A stretch of DNA of 64,000 nucleotides, from the NCBI GenBank assembly GCA_964403045.1, contig CAYOEP010000002.1:2452-66451 (forward strand). The letters run 5' to 3'. Within the stretch, counting starts at the first letter, position 1. Every line of letters starts with the position of its first letter. The stretch is from an uncultured Candidatus Saccharibacteria bacterium (GTDB lineage: Bacteria > Patescibacteriota > Minisyncoccia > UBA6257 > 2-01-FULL-56-20). Below, in pieces: positions 62,553 to 64,000 of the stretch. A program made the translations under genes and the position numbers. Below the pieces are notes generated by a model. The model saw only the letters and a program-made list of their open reading frames with translations, did no database searches and had not been told where the DNA came from.

Positions 62553-63464
62553 ATGCTGTTGCGGCGACATGAAATCTTTCTTCTTTTTGATATTGGGGGC
62601 AGTAATATGCGCCTTGCTTCCGCGCGTGCGGGAAAGATACTTCGGGAAAAGATTATCCCTACCCCTGCCGATAATTTCTCGCAGGCGGTGAGGGAATTTT
62701 CCCGCCTTGCTGAAAAAGTTGCGGAGGGGAAGCGCATTGTTGCGGCCGCAGGAGGGGTGGCGAGCCCAATCTCGCGCAGGCGTGGCACCCTCCTTGCATC
62801 CCCGAACCTTCCGGGGTGGCGCGGCAAGCAGGTACAGCGCGCGTTCTCCCGCGCGCTCCACGGCGTGCCGGTGCTGTTGGAAAACGACGCTGCCGTTGCT
62901 GCGCTTGGTGAAGCAGTATACGGCGCGGGCAAGCGCAAGAAAATCGTTGCGTATTTTACCGTGAGTACTGGCATTGGCGGCGCACGGGTAGTAGAGAAAG
63001 CGATTGACGCGAATGCGGCGGGGTTTGAGCCGGGGCACCAGTACATTCCTGTCAGCCCGGCACTCCGCAGTTTACTCGGCAATGGGAAATGCAGTCATTG
63101 CGGCGCGGAGTATTGCCTTGAAGCATATGTGTCGGGTGCGGCACTCGCGAAGGCTTTCGCGATACCTCCGTCGCGTATTCGGGATCGCCGGGTATGGGAT
63201 GCCGCCGCGGAGGTGCTTGCTTACGGCATTCATAATGCGATACTCCACTGGTCTCCCGAAGTTGTTGTTATGGGGGGTGCGATGATAAGGAAGCGCCCCG
63301 GCATTTCTCTGAGGAAGGTGCAAAAGAAACTCCGTGAACTGCTCCACATTTTCCCTCCGCCGCCGATTGTCTCCGCCGCACTTGGTGATGCAGCAGGACT
63401 CTATGGCGCGCTGGCACTCCTCTCGCGCGGTCATTCCCCTCAGGGGAAATCGGTGCTAGAATAG
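62553..63464 (+). CDS. ROK family sugar kinase (glucokinase-like)
   Basis: DIGGS, LENDA, STGIGG, EPGH...CSHCG..YCLEAYVSG. Confidence 0.92.
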   Translation: MLLRRHEIFLLFDIGGSNMRLASARAGKILREKIIPTPADNFSQAVREFSRLAEKVAEGKRIVAAAGGVASPISRRRGTLLASPNLPGWRGKQVQRAFSRALHGVPVLLENDAAVAALGEAVYGAGKRKKIVAYFTVSTGIGGARVVEKAIDANAAGFEPGHQYIPVSPALRSLLGNGKCSHCGAEYCLEAYVSGAALAKAFAIPPSRIRDRRVWDAAAEVLAYGIHNAILHWSPEVVVMGGAMIRKRPGISLRKVQKKLRELLHIFPPPPIVSAALGDAAGLYGALALLSRGHSPQGKSVLE

Positions 63465-63468
63465 GGAT

Positions 63469-64000
63469 ATGCAGAAACTTTCGCGGTCGAAGTTGGAGCT
63501 TTTTCTGGAGTGCCCGCGTTGCTTTTGGCTTGATGTGAAACACAAGATTAAGCGTCCCCAGCCCCCTCCCTATACGCTTAATAACGCGGTTGATTACCTC
63601 CTCAAGCAGGAGTTTGACAAGTATCGGGAAGCAGGCAAGAAACACCCGCTTATGGAAAAGCACCACATTGAAGCAGTGCCCTATCAAAGCCCTCATATTG
63701 ATGTATGGCGGCATAATTTTACCGGCATTCAGCATCATCACCTGCCAAGCGGATTTCTTTTCTATGGCGCCGTGGATGACATATGGGTTAATCCTCAGGG
63801 CGAGCTTATTGTAGTAGATTACAAGGCAACAGGCGCAAATCAGCATCGCATCTATGACTCCTATCGCCGACAGATGGAAATTTATCAGTGGCTATTGCGC
63901 AAAAATGGATTCCCCGTCTCTCGGACGGGCTATTTCCTTTTCACGCGCGTGAACAAAGGGGAAGGATTTGGCTTAGGTGTGCCTGCGCTTCCTTTCGATG
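63469..64000 (+). CDS. PD-(D/E)XK nuclease (RecB/Cas4-like), 3'-truncated; absent from the ORF track
   Basis: Own translation MQKLSRSKLELFLECPRCFW...GAVDDIW...VVDYKATG...QMEIY, open to window end. Confidence 0.88.
   Translation, partial: MQKLSRSKLELFLECPRCFWLDVKHKIKRPQPPPYTLNNAVDYLLKQEFDKYREAGKKHPLMEKHHIEAVPYQSPHIDVWRHNFTGIQHHHLPSGFLFYGAVDDIWVNPQGELIVVDYKATGANQHRIYDSYRRQMEIYQWLLRKNGFPVSRTGYFLFTRVNKGEGFGLGVPALPFD

Noticed and set aside
63469-64000. Cas4 of a CRISPR locus
   Set aside because: Only a generic PD-(D/E)XK signature is visible, with no cas genes or repeats; downstream context is outside the window.

Overview
Gene-dense bacterial chromosome segment (genetic code 11). Gene content suggests Patescibacteria/CPR, probably Parcubacteria: trigger factor without a PPIase domain, truncated ATP synthase epsilon, many single-TM hypothetical proteins, few Shine-Dalgarno sites, many apparently leaderless genes. 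This taxonomy is inferred, not shown. Housekeeping content: F-type ATP synthase operon ending in a carbonic-anhydrase-like gene, tRNA-Glu, tpiA, murB, histone-like/HPF/secA/mltG, a tgt-queuosine salvage-truB cluster, pepA, uvrB/uvrA/uvrC, a UvrD-nuclease fusion, clpB, tsaC, a glycerate kinase-ppsA-hydroxyacid dehydrogenase-enolase cluster, redoxin/VKOR, a P-type ATPase and a ROK kinase. No CRISPR, integrase or transposase was seen. The strongest unexplained signal is non-coding: a set of promoter / long closing stem / large loop with a CCU(U)CC anti-SD-like core / terminator units. These form a tandem array of three at 32.35-32.92 kb with scattered copies elsewhere. There is also an adjacent pair of mutually complementary sRNA candidates at 12.8-13.03 kb, and a recurrent AAGGTCG motif 19-31 nt upstream of start codons.
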